Positions 50,420 to 63,219 are shown, counted from the first letter of the stretch. The stretch is DNA of 64,000 nt from Puccinia triticina (GCA_026914245.1 CP110439.1:6944001-7008000); one strand, 5' to 3'. Notes: a model not told the origin generated them from the letters alone. Numbers and translations are program-made.

Positions 50420-51959
50420 CCCACAGACACCTCTCCTATTTCTTGACAACAAGTAACTTCAATAATTGGCTTGGTTCCTTTCTGGATGTGATGTTCCAGT
50501 GAAGATAGAGATTTTAGTTCGGTTTGTGCATTGTCCTTGTTCATTTGAGAAGGATCCGAATCCCACCATATGTAGATCAGTGTCTTGTGTTTGGTATTGT
50601 TCTTGAGAAAAGTAGGAAAGAGCCATGATTGATGTGACTATGTTCAGTTTAGCTACGTACTGTAGACATGCCTTGTGTGTCATTTTTCTTCTGGATAGAG
50701 TTTCAGTTAATACATTTCAAGAATGCTACAATTTTTTGTTTTGTTTAAAAGTTGACCCATGTCTACCTGCGTTTCAGCGACACCCGGAGAGGGGGGGGGG
50801 GGGGTTGATATCATTTTGAGAGATCATACAAAAGTCTCTTCTTCCAGACTCCTGCAGATAATGATTTAGAGCCAAAAAATCCGAGTTTTTGCAGGGGGAA
50901 ATGCCCAGAGGCTCCAGATCTGGTTCTGCAGGGCCGTAGATGTTGACAAGAAGTCCTTCAATTGTGGGAGGCAACAGAGCAAGGGACTATGAAGGTCACA
51001 TTCTTACAGACAACTTCAGATGTCAATAGGAATCCGGGGGCCCGTGGCTAACTTAACTAAGACCCTCTCTTTGTGGAGGGGGGACGCTCCGAAGGAGGGA
51101 CGACACTATGTGCCAGTGTTTGCCCTACTCTTTTTTTTTTTTTTTTTTTCTGTTTTCCATTCTATTGCTTGTACCTCCTCAGTCATGAGGAATAGCATGA
51201 AGGTTCCGCTGAGCCAAATGACCACTTCCTTCTCCTGCATCTTGTAGGATATGTAGCATTATTTTTGGACCTTCTCACCATTTTTTACTGTCATAATAAG
51301 ACTTTCAAAGTGCTCAGGTTTGATGGCACCACTCCCTGTACTCTGACTGGTGGCTTTACATCACGTAAGCAGCCTGCGGATGTATTGCCCATGGAAAACA
51401 AGGAAAAAGACCAATGTTAAAGTGAGTGGGACACTTGATTTTTGGCATGCTTGTAGAGGAAAAGCAGGCGGTCGTGGGACACTGAACAAGAAAAAAAAGG
51501 TTGAGTGGATCAAATTTGATAATGTTTCTAAAATAATGCCCTGCCAAATACCAAAAAGAGTAGGGCGGGTAGGGGGGTATAGGGCGCAAGTCCCTCCTTC
51601 GGAGGCTTGCTTTGCAAGGGGCGCTCCGCGCCAGCCAGGCTCACCAGGCCCTCCAAAGACTGTCTTGTGTTAAGTTAGGGCCCATGGCAGGTATAGGTAC
51701 CCGGGCTCAACTAAGCCTCTGTGAGGAGGCGCAAAATCTCTCCAAAGTTTGTATTTAAATTTATTTTAGAATTAGCGTAAGCTTTTACTCCAAATCCTAG
51801 TGCACCATGTTGCAGCCCTCAATCTCAGCTATTTTGAAATTTGTACATATATTTTCAAGCATTTTCAAGCCATTCCGGAGGCACTTATCATAGTGCCGGA
51901 TGTCAGATGCGGAAATTATTGCTAAGATCAGAGAATCAACCCTGCTTGAAAAACAGCTT

Positions 51960-52110
51960 ACCCAAGTTGACTGGGTGCCACTTCTAGCTATGGAAGAGTT
52001 TGCTTATAACAACAAGGAGCATATTTCAACAGGATTCTCCCAATTCAAAGCAAATTATGGTGTCAAACCAAAAAACAGCTGGGTACCCCTGGCAGAACAA
52101 TGTGTACCTG
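51960..52110 (+). pseudogene. Ty3/Gypsy integrase fragment
   Basis: DWVPLLAMEEFAYNNKEHISTGFSQFKANYG matches the conserved Gypsy integrase core tail. Confidence 0.8.
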
Positions 52111-52399
52111 CAGGCGGAGCAAACCTGACAACTTGTGGAGGTAGACTGAAGTGAGACAGTGATAGGAAGATACGTTCCAATTGGATAACTTTGGATGTAA
52201 CATGAAAATTAAAGTTATGTTATCTACAAGTTACAGATACCTTAGTCTTATTTATTTTATCAGCTGCAGAACAAGGCCTCCATTTTTACTAATTACATTC
52301 CCAAGACAGTTTGAACAAAATGGGTCACATTAAATTTTTGCTACAGATTGGGTAAATTTTAACTTTCCAAGATATATTATGGCAGTGGTAGCTTTAGTC

Positions 52400-54420
52400 C
52401 ATAGAAGCAAGAGTTTTGGGACAATTGAACACTAAACATTCATCCATTTCCAGTATCTGCAAGGGAAGAAAGCTCAAAAGAGCTTCTGAGTGACAATTGA
52501 ACCCACAACCTCATGTTTGAAAGGTTTAGATTTGCCATTGTGAAGTTATTACTTCTGGAGTTGGTTGTCTGGGCAAGGATGTAAAGAGACAAAGAAAAAG
52601 TCAGGTTTGATTGTATTTCAAGGAGGGAGAAAAATATTAGAAGAATTCAAAAATGATGAGAAGAATTATCTTATCATGGATACCATTTTTTACTTGTACT
52701 TTGGCAGATGAATCAGCCAAGCAACATTATGATTCCACTTGATTATGAGGTGCTGGAAAACGTAGTTCCAATTCTTTTCTATATAGCAGCGCATGATCCC
52801 TAAAAAACCTTGTGGCTTTCCTTTGTGGTCCACACATCAGATACAAGGGAAATCTTCAATTCTGAAGCCTAAAAGTGAGATGAAGAAAGAAAGATCATTA
52901 AAATCAGGACCTCATAAAACATTGATTAATGATCAAGTAACTTACTTTGAGTGTCAGCTATGTTTATGAAACTTAGGATAAAAACCCGTCAGAAATGAGG
53001 GTTTTTACCCTAGTACTATAACTGTACTGAAATAAAACACTGGCAATAATGTGCCAAACTTGTTACGTGGTATTTAGCCACTACAAGGGTTTAAACACTC
53101 TTATATAAGAGGAGGATATTTGTAATTAATAAGGTTTACTTATTAAGAACAGGGATATATAAGGTTTTGACGTAGAAATAGCTGGTAAGCGCTTAAGCTG
53201 ATTGGCTGCGCGTCAGAGGCGGGAGTCTTACAGCAACTATTTATAAAGATTTAACTGTAATAAATGCTTATAAGGGATATTGGCAATTTTAGAGTTAAGA
53301 TCTAGTGGGTTTTGTGCCAAAAGGGCAGAAATAAAGGAAGTGGTGGCTTTAATAAGCCAGATGAGAATTTTCACGAGTTTTAACTTACAGGTTAATGGGT
53401 GGTGAAATGTCTGTGGGGACAATTACAGTGGCCCAATTACCTCCTTAAATACTGGAGAGGTCTTTGAGGGCGCTGAAATATTCCCATTGGTTTTGGCTAT
53501 GGGTAAATGCCAAGAGTAGACGTGTATTCTGCCTTGGTTATGGGTATTTTATTTGTACAATATTACACAACTTCCCTTACTCCCACACGTGACATTTGTA
53601 TAACCAATTGTCATGTGAAATAGCTTAATATGAAGTGTAATATCAATTTGTACTAAGTGTTACTCTCACCCGTGGTTCCTGTTTCACGGGGGAAAGGTAC
53701 TTTACTAATTAATATAATTTTATGTATTTTAATTTATGTAAAGATTTTTTATGTAGTTTTCCTGCTCTTTGGAGCGCTTTATGGCTATATGTACATGTAT
53801 GAAAAAATGTATGAAGGAGTAGGAATGAGGGGTTACTTTGAGTGGGTGACCCCCTTTAATTTAACACGAGTATTCTGAATATTCAATAATATTTCAGGAT
53901 TTGTAAATGGTTTACTAGTTTTTGCAGGCTTTAGGATACTTGTTGTATCTCTAAGGCTGACATTGAGTGCGTTGATGACATGTTTTTTCTGTTTGAGGTA
54001 GAGTAGGTGGTCCTGCATTGCAGCCAAGATCCAAGAGTGAAGCTTTGATTTGTTTACAGTATAGTCAAAACACACCCAAAGGAGGAAGTCCTCAATACAG
54101 AACCATGGGAGTGATTGCTAAACAATCCAGAGGAGAAGTAGTTTTTTGAGAGTTTCTTTATCAAATTTGCCTTTGGTGGTATAGGCAATTCGAGTTTTAG
54201 TTGATGCGGGTTGGAAATTTGACTTTTATTTTAACACTTTGGCTGCCATTGGGGGAAGGTGCGCTCTGGCAGCAATAGCCTTTTCATGGCCTGGGCAAGC
54301 CCATTGGGTTTGTCCTTTGTTTTTGGCCCTATTGCAATGAGTTTCGAGGTTGTTTCTTGTATTTCCCAACACCTTAAAACTGCTTAGGAACCACTGGCCA
54401 CAATATGCAGTTGAATTTTC
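52400..54420 (-). pseudogene. hAT transposase remnant interrupted by a solo LTR
   Basis: Minus-strand ISLVSDVWTTK (~52850-52820), QTTNSRSNNFTMA (~52570-52530) and a decayed BED-finger-like stretch (~54410-54335). Boundaries approximate. Confidence 0.75.
52952..53962. mobile_element. Solo LTR (~1.01 kb)
   Basis: Termini TGTCAGC...GCTGACA and perfect 5-bp TSD TTGAG. Confidence 0.9.
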
Positions 54421-55121
54421 ATCTTGTAATCATAAGAAAATTAAACCAAAACAGATGTGCAGTTAATTGACAACTAAATCAAGTAATTTAGGCAACAGCC
54501 AGTCATCCATTGATTGATCTCAAGTTTTCACCAGCAAAGAAGGTCTTGCAGCCTCCTCTTAATCAAGCCTTTTAGGCCACAGGTAGTCCTTCAATATTTG
54601 ATAACTTTACAAGCAATTTTTGTTAAACAATTTTACAACCAAGAAAACTTCCACTGCAAAGATTGGGACATGACTTAGGCCTTGTTTGGAGCCAATATAA
54701 TGTGCAATCTGGGACTCATGCAGATGTCAAATATAGACCCAAAAAGTCTAGATTTTCACAGGGAAATCTAGCTTTCTGCAGTCCAGATCACTTCTGGGAG
54801 ACCCGCAGATTCCGACGGGAAGTCCTCCGATATATGAGTTTTTTTGCCTGACATCTTATTTGACATCAGATCAGGCCAGCCAAAACTTGAACAGAGATGT
54901 CACAAAAATCCACATTCTATCGCGCGATTATATCGGCTCTAAACGGGGCCTTATATGTAAGCCTCTCCGAGATAGTGAATCACGCGGGGACGCGCGGTCC
55001 TTTGGGAGCCTCCATTCAAGAGGCTTGATTGAGCTAGCAATATGGGCCTCAGTGAGAGTTATAGAAAAGCAGCGGTGAGGGGACATAGTGTTTGTGGTCT
55101 CATAATTGATTTAATTGCAAG

Positions 55122-55905
55122 CTAGTAACCGAGGGCAGCAAGTTGGGATTGGACAGTTTGAGTAGCATCTTGAGCAGCAACTTGTTTGCGGGCCTTGAGG
55201 AGTGCGACCTGAATCATATAAGCCCAAGTGATCAGATCGTGTACCCACTGAAATAAGAAATGGGGTGCCCACCTTGCGCTCATGGAATGCCTGTGCCTTG
55301 ACTTTTCGTTTGGCTTCGAGGGTGTCAACAACATCCTTGTAGCCCCAACCGTACTCATGACTCAGTCGCTTGATGGTGCACCACTTGCGGCCGGGCTTCA
55401 GTCGCAATACACGCAGAGCTTGGGGGACGACCATCTTCTTCTTGCGGTCGTAAGGAGGAGGCATACCTTCGAAGAGTTTCAACCGTTGAAGGGCAGCGGC
55501 ACCACGAGCAGTCTTGTGAGGAATCATTCCACGGATGGCCTTGTAGAGAATTCTCGATGGGGCTCGGTGGTGGAAGGGACCGCTTTTCTTGGGGTTGACC
55601 AAATGTCGCTTGTGCATGTGGTCGGCCCAACGAAGCTAGAGCGATCGAGGTGGGGAATAGCGAGGCGGTGGTGGCAGCAGTTTGAAAAGTTTGAGTAAGA
55701 CAAACCATCAATCATCTGCGGGTTGGTCCAAGAGGGGGATTGGGCTATAGTAACAAACCTTCAAGCGGAAAAAGCTGCCAGATACGTTAATTTCTTCACA
55801 ACGAACCACCACGACCTTTTGGCCGGAGATGGCCTGCTTGGCAACGATGGAAGCCAATCGACCAAGGAGATGGCCCTTGCCGTCGATAACGATTGGGGCT
55901 GGCAT
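55122..55905 (-). CDS. RPL16: 60S ribosomal protein uL13 (L16/L13a), 3 exons
   Basis: [23 protein letters not shown]...SGSFFRLK | [10 protein letters not shown]...[27 protein letters not shown]...| ...LAALGY*. Confidence 0.98.
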
Positions 55906-56298
55906 TGTTGGCGTCGTCGGGTCTGTATGTCGGGTCTTGAGAGTGGGTGCCGGTGGGCTGTTCGGGCAGCCAGCAGAGGGCGAGGCAGCTGGGCAGCGCA
56001 GCAATCCCCATCGGTATGTGCGCTTGCCGGAGCTCAGGTCTGCGAGCTTGGCAGTCTCATCAATTAATCCGCGACCACCGCACCGCGGGCGGTGAGTGTA
56101 GGCCCCCCCGAGCCCCCTAGCCCTAACCCTTGGGGCTCACAGGGGCCTGCTCAGCGCCTGCGGTGCAGCAGCAGTGCGGTCGCTCCGAACTTAACACAAG
56201 CATACACAACTTAACACAAGTCCCCCACTTCGGAGGGCCCAGGTACAGCCTGGGCTGGCGCAAAGCGCCACTTCCAAAGGAGGGACTTGGGACTAATA

Positions 56299-57366
56299 GG
56301 GGGTTTCAAAATTGATCCAGGAAGCGTTCCAGGTCGGAGTTTCCAGGAAAAATGAGCGACCTGGAACGCTTCCTGCGGACCTGATCTCCTTCTTCCTATG
56401 CCCTTCCAGGACATCCAGGAAAACAGGAAATCAGGAAATTAAAAGAGGACAAAAGAGGATAAATCCCACCTTTCTTCTCAAACCCCGGACCCCCGCCTTT
56501 TTTTTCGACACCCCTACATCATCTTTCCCACCACCTCACACTAACTTCGAGCGAATTTTTGTCCACCGCCCGCCATGCTAGAAAATACCTCCCACTCAAC
56601 AGTAATATCAAGCAGTCAAGACTCAACCCAGAGGAGTCCCTCCCGGTCAACAGCCATATAAGGCAGTTGGCCGGGAGCAGTACCTCCCGGTCGACAACCA
56701 CATACATACAAGAGTTGACCGGGAGGAACCGGGAGGAGTCCCTCCTGGTCGACAGCCATATCAAGCAGTCATCCGGGAGGGACTGGAGCAGTAGTACAGT
56801 ACCTCCCGGTTGACAGCCATATAAGGCAGTCTACCGGGAGCAGTATCTCAAGGTTGACAGCCATACAAGGCAGTCGACCAGGAGCAGTACCTCCCGGCCG
56901 ACAACCACATACATACAAGAGTCGACCAGGAGGAGTCCCTCCTGGCCGACAGCCATATCAAGCAGTCATCCGGGAGGGACTTCTCCCGGTCAACTGCCTT
57001 ATATGGCTGTCGACAGGGAAAGTCCCTCCCGGTCGACAGCAATTAGAGTAGTCGGAATTGATGCAGTTTGAGCTAATTTGAAACTGCTGATGAAAAAAAA
57101 AATGTACAAGAAAGTCCGATGAGGTCAGATCAACTTGTGGTTGCGTGGGGGGGAAGGAGCTGGTCCTTCGGGGACCCCAAAGGCATGGGACAAAACATGT
57201 TAAAACAGATAATCATTTCCAGGTCTTGTTCTCCTGGGTTCAAATGCAGGAAGTTCCTCTTTCTGGGGGTCTCAATGTAGAACCTCCAGGAATTATTTTT
57301 TGGCTGTGTTTTGGTTTTCCTGGAGTTTGGACCTGGAACGCTTCCTGGATCAATTTTGAAGCCCCC
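56299..57366. mobile_element. Non-autonomous TIR element with an internal palindromic array (56585-57040)
   Basis: About 36-bp TIR GGGGG(T/C)TTCAAAATTGATCCAGGAAGCGTTCCAGGTC, TA on both flanks. Internal units CTCCCGGTCGAC-agccatatcaagca-GTCGACCGGGAG. Confidence 0.85.
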
Positions 57367-57686
57367 TAATGTCCACATTTTGGCCTGAGAGATTCCAATC
57401 TTGCAAATGTTTTTGCAGGCAATTTTGTGCCTTTAAATTTTTGACCCTGTTCCCAAAGGGCCCCAGACATGCCCTTTGGATCATGAAACTTGTCTCACTA
57501 TTCTTTAGCTTTTGCCACTACAAATGTTCCTGGAAGTCCAACCATTGTTGCTCCATGACCCTTCAAAGTTATGTATTTTCAAGGTTCCTTGAGCTGTATG
57601 ACCTGTGCAGATTGAACTGAGCACGGAAAACAGTATGGTTTTTCAATTCAATCACACAGGAACCAGGCTCTCCAAGATCTGGTTAA

Positions 57687-58628
57687 GAGCATCTCTAATG
57701 GAGTTGCGACTGGGCGTTTGGGGGCAAACTTTGGCCGCCTGGGTTCCTTTCTTGCAAGCTAACGGACCCACAGAACAACCCTGGGAACATTGCCGGGGGC
57801 AGTCAAACCCACAATCACCTGCTGAGTTCTGCGGGTCACCTCCCAGCCGCAATTGACCAGACACACCTCCATCCACTCCACTTCATACCCCACAAAGATG
57901 GTCAACACGGTATCAGCACACGCACCAACTCCAAGACTTCTCTTGATAACCGGGCCTGTTCCGGTCATTGATAGGAGAAAATACTCCTCTTGGCCGGTCA
58001 TCAAGAGGAGTAAACAATCAGCTCAATGACCGGTTCTCTCCGTTCATCAAGAGGAGTAAAAAATCTCATCAATGACCGCGTTCCATTCATAAAGAAGAGT
58101 AAAATGTAACATAACTCCCCTCAATTACTGGTCCGCTTGGGTAATCAAGGAGTGTTTCCTCCTCTTGATGACCGGGTTTGCTCCGGTCATCAAGATACAT
58201 GTGTGGTCCTTGGCAGTCATTGAGAGGAGTAAACAACTCCACTCAATGACTGGATGGTTATCTACAGCCATCAAGAGGAGTATGATATAAGATGAATCCT
58301 CTCAATGACTGGTCCGCTCAGGTCATCAAGAGGATTATTTCCTTTTTTTGCTCCGTAAATTGAGATACATGCGTCCCAATGACCAGAACATTATGGTCAT
58401 CAAAATACATGCGTCCTGATGACCAGAACATTCTGGTCATTGAGGGGAGTATGTACTTCTATTGATGATTGGAACAAGGGTGGTGGGTGGTTCTTGAGGA
58501 CTGATCTGTCTGTTGTATTGTGGCTTGAACTGCCGGTCCATAATTGGAGCTGAGCCACAACTTTTGTGACATGTGCTTGCGGGCCGGGGAACGCAGGCCA
58601 ACTGCCCCGCAGACTGTTAGAGATGCTC
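57687..58628. mobile_element. PIF/Harbinger (Tourist-like) MITE with an internal palindromic array (57940-58470)
   Basis: TIR GAGCATCTCTAA / TTAGAGATGCTC with 3-bp TSD TAA. Confidence 0.85.
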
Positions 58629-60327
58629 TAAGATGCCTTGGCCACTACAGACCCTGGATCCAATCCTCATCATGAGGACAGGGACATGAAGCCAAGATGT
58701 TCATCTATCTTGAACCTTTGGGGCTTCAGCAGAGGTTTCCTAGTTTTTTTCTGTGTGAAGGGTGAAAGGAAAAAAGGGAATAAAAAGTCACAAAAACCCC
58801 AATCTCTCAGGCAAGAAGTATGACAGAGGTCATAGGTCCCTCCTTCAGAGGTTGCTTTGCTGCCCCAAGGAGGGACTTAGCTAATTTAGCAAGCATACCC
58901 TCCTTGGGGGAGTGTAGCAACCTCCACCAGGGGTGATTTTGACACACTCTCCAGAGAGTGCCATACCGTACCCTTTTTCTGGAACTGTGCTGGATGCTTT
59001 TGGTGAAAGTAGTTTAAGAAATAATGAACAATGCTTGCACTCATCCACAACGGTTCTGAAACTGATCCTGGATTCATCCATAAATCATCAAGAAGTCATG
59101 CAGAACTCAAGTGGAACTCAATCAGAACACAGTTTAAACCACTAAGACACAATGGCCACAATTGCATCATAACTCAATTTGACCTGTTTTTTGATTGGGA
59201 TGATTTCTTGGGGTTCAATTCATATTATTCACATGCTCATGAAGGTGTTCATTGTTTTCACTTTGCTAATTTTTCCCTCATGTGCATGCATAAAAGGTTG
59301 TTACAAATTGTAGGCTGGGCCTCTTTCAGATCAACAACACGTACACACCGGCAAGAATGATGTGAAAGGCCTGCCTGAATTGTCATATTTCCCTGTAAAA
59401 GGCAGGTATCATCTATAATTGAGTCAAAAAAGGATGAAAATAGGGTGAAAGTATGTTTCAAGTCAAGCTTGGAGGTTTGTGGTACCAGATTTCAGCTAAA
59501 AAAATTGGCTTCTTAACATATATAAGCTTGTGAGTTGGTTTTATGGTTTTTTGTTTTCCAATGTCTCCATGCACATGCATGTGAGCTGTTTTCCATTTTG
59601 ACAATGTCACCTTCGTGTACGCGCGTACATTGGGGTGACAGATCACCAGAGGGGACTTTCACAGCTCCATGACAAGTAAAAACTGGTCAGAAAGCCATTA
59701 AAGCCCCAGCTAGTCACATTTATGTTATGTGACACCCCTTGCACATAGAGAAATTGGTCAAAATAAATTCACCAGCAATGATTGATAATTAGGCATTGAG
59801 TAAATATCATTTCATTAAAGGTTGTAATTGAGTTATCCTTAAAGAACAAAACAGTTCTATACAAGATTGCATGAGGTCCTGGGATACTTCCTCAGAAATT
59901 ATGACAGACTTCCAATTGACTTCTGAATAATTTATCAATCATTTCCTAATACACATCTGACTGACATCAGACCCAGAACAACATAAAATTACAGTCAGGC
60001 ACTCTCTAGAGAGTGCGTCAAATTCTCCCCTGGTTCTCCAAAGGAGGGACTTGCCTCTAAAGTGGCATGTCTTGCCCTACAGGATTGAGACAAATGGCAG
60101 GGAGGATGCCACTCTCTCCTCCTAGACTTCTAGTTCTCACTGTGACTTTGACATCATTAAAATCACCAGTATCTTAGCTTATTTTCACCCATTTCAAAAT
60201 CCTTTTTATCCCTCCCCTCTGGCAAGAAACATCCTGTATTTTTTTTCCATGCTGGATTTCTGTAACAAATCTGCCGTGTTTTAGGCCGGATATTTCAAGA
60301 CAAAAACCCGGTCATAAACACATACTT

Positions 60328-60573
60328 TTTCAGGTTGTGGTTCTGCTACTCTTAGATTTATCATACCTGCTGGTGTCACTCATTCATGACCTGTCATTTA
60401 CAGGTCTTACCCTCAATTAGGGATCTTCATGTGACACCAGTGGATGTTCATTGACCCACCTGCAGCCATTCATATCCAAGCATCCTTAGTACAGTGTTTA
60501 GTACACTTGACATGGATATAAGAGACATGGGTTCAACTCCCATAGGACACATAATATTTTATGGAGTTTCACA
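60328..60573 (+). mobile_element. Probable short solo LTR with a tRNA-like module (family B)
   Basis: Flanked by TACTT on both sides and ends in TTTCACA. Begins TTTCAGG, so the expected TG must be assumed mutated. Confidence 0.5.
60480..60551 (+). pseudogene. tRNA-like sequence
   Basis: 72 nt: acceptor GCATCCT/AGGACAC (CpG-decayed GCGTCCT/AGGACGC), D-stem GTAC/GTAC, T-arm ATGGG-TTCAACT-CCCAT. Anticodon arm degenerate. Confidence 0.7.
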
Positions 60574-61699
60574 TACTTTGCTTACACATACTCTATGAGC
60601 ATCCCTGATCACCCCATGACTCTATGAGTATCCCTGATCACCCCATGCACTATGTACTGTGAGAGCAGCAAGCCAACACATTTGTTTTTATTGGGGAACA
60701 GATACTATGCATGTATAATAAAATCTGTGAGATGCTACATGATCCAACATTTGGAGATTTGAGAGCTTAGAAAATTTCAAATTGTGTGAGTTCAAAAATA
60801 TCTGGAACAACACTTCAGTAGAAGTGGATTGGAACAGTAATTATGGGTGGAATTGGGGTAAAGAAAATGTGGAATTAAAGTTGAGATGGCAGGCTACAAG
60901 TCTTTCTACTCACCTTTTGTTTATCCGCACAATTTATTTTTCAAATAATTTTGAAGTGAAAATAGGGTTTCTTTTACAAGAAAATCTTGAGTCTGTAGGG
61001 CCAATGGTGTTGGGGGAAGCCTCTCATTTGGAGAAGTTTTGTGCCTCATCAGAGAGGCTTAGTTAATCTCACGGTGATAGTCAGTCCCTCTTCTGAGGGG
61101 CGGGCAGGCGCCCCTGTCAGCAAAATTAACAAAGTACCTTGAGACTTTGGGCCCCTGGGGGTTAGGAAACCAATGCAACAACTGTGTGAAAGTCTGAAAC
61201 CAAAAAAAAAAAAAAACAGAGAACAGAAATACAAAAGTGGAGGCGGTCCACAGACCATAGGAAAGAGAAGAAACAAGTGGAGTGAGAGAGCAAAGGGAAA
61301 CATAACCAGAAAAGAGAGAACCAAAGAAAACATAGACAAAAGAGTGTGAGTAAACTGAAACTGAATTTGTGGAGGTGGATTCAAAACCTTGAATATCTTG
61401 GCAGAGGCAGAGGCAGATACAGGGCTTGATATCCCAATCCTAAAATTTCTTGAGGGTTGGTCTGCTGGTACTGCACTGAAAATAATCTTGCATTTTGCTT
61501 TGTGTACCAGTCTGAAAAACACATCTCCCCCCTCCCCCCCTAGACTACCTTGTCCTTTTCTTGAATCAAAAAAAAAAAAAAAAAACTGAGAGGAAATTGG
61601 CAAGAAGTAGAGTTTCAAAAAGCAGTAGAAGCTACCAGGCAATGCATTCATGATTGCGAGGACTTAATTTAGGTCTCCTATCCCCCCGTAATAATGGTA

Positions 61700-62035
61700 A
61701 CTCTTGAACTGGTCCGCTGCAAAGTGCTGTTTCATCCCGGAGCCATCCAGCTTCTCCAACACACAAGATCTCTTGTCCACCTGTTTAACAATGCAACAAG
61801 GCCTGTTCCACTTGTGTACAAACAGCTTTCCCCACTGTGTCTCAAGAGATTGGCTTTACTCCAAAACCATGTTGCCTTCCTTGAGCAAATTGTGGAGCCT
61901 GTCCATGTGCTTCTCCTCCCAATCTCAGACGCAGTTGCCACAAGATTCCATTGTTTTCCGGTAGGCAATGATGCACATCTCCTCACTTTTCTCCAACTGA
62001 ATGGATTAGGCAGCAATGAGTTCCACCCTTGAATC
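61700..62035 (-). pseudogene. Ty3/Gypsy integrase C-terminal remnant
   Basis: Stop-riddled frame reading EGNMVLE*SQSLETQWGKLFVHKWNRPC...CVLEKLDG...FAADQFK resembles the GPY/F region. Confidence 0.6.
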
Positions 62036-62042
62036 AACGCTG

Positions 62043-62239
62043 CAACAATTACAATACATGTATTGTATTTTCATGCAGATACATTCAATTACAATAAATA
62101 CGTTTTGTATTGGTTTCACCAAATGATTCCAATGATACATATGTACAGTTTTTGGAAAAAATTACGATACAGATACATTTATTTTGATATTTTTCCAATA
62201 CAATACAGTGAAATACAATTACATGTATTGTACTTGTTG
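62043..62239. mobile_element. MITE
   Basis: TIR CAACAA(T/G)TACAATACATGTA. Flanks CAACGCTG / CACCGTTG match at 6 of 8. Confidence 0.7.
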
Positions 62240-63219
62240 CACCGTTGCTTGAATGAACGGAATCCCAATCCACACCAAGTTAGGAATCAATCTCCAAATC
62301 CACAGGAAGCGCCACACACTGACCAAATACAAGCTTTTAAGGTGAATACCCCGCTTGGAAAGTTAATACCCCGTCGTCCACTTACAGCCATTCTCGAAAA
62401 GCTTGCGGGCTCGAGGCCAAAAGAAGATTTTTTTTTATTTTAGCCACAGGCCTGTACAGCTTCACTGTACAGGCAGTCAAAATCCCTTCGGGCGGCTGTT
62501 TGGCTCGATGATGGTGCCAGGCTGGCCACAGGGCAGGGGAGGGGGATGCGGCAAGGGTCCGATCAGTGTAAAATTGGTCCAGGATTCCAATGGTGCAACC
62601 CTTGAGGCCCCAAAGTTAAAAACAAAGAAAGTAGTGATTTTCTTACAATCACATTACTGTATGCAGCCTGTCATACAGGGGCTATACAGGCTTTGAGGCT
62701 GAAAATAGCAGTCCAAAATTTGGGCCTACCCAACTGCAAGCTTTTTGAGAATGGCTGTAGTAGAGATCTGGTCCACAAAAAGAACCAATGGAAGAAGTTT
62801 TTGGCAATTCTTTCCCTCTCTCAAATGTGGAAAGATTAACAAATTTTTGAAGAGTTGTTCATAAAGGCCTGGGAATGTGCTTCAAAGTTCTTTTAAATTA
62901 CATTGTGAACCCCAAAATTGCTTAAATAGGGCTTATACTTGTTCTCTGGTAAATCACATTTCCTGCAAGCAATGTGGCGTGTGAAGAATGTCTGGAAAAG
63001 TTAATTTTAAGACCATCTGGCTTGTGTTTTGCAAGTGCAAAGTTGCAAAATGTCTGTTTTAAAAGCCCCTTTTGGGGGCTGGACTAGAAAGTGATACTTG
63101 TAGGCATATTTTATGTATTTTTGCGGGCCATATGGTTTGTAAAATTACGGACACCCATATGATGTAAAAAAGTGGAGGATACATCATCAATGATCATATA
63201 GATCTTCTGAATAGGCTGA

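Noticed and set aside
55636..55758. Intronic C/D snoRNA in RPL16 intron 1
   Set aside because: There is an ATGATT C-box-like motif but no CTGA D-box or terminal stem.
60592..60650. 29-bp tandem duplication
   Set aside because: Ordinary slippage duplication within repeat debris.
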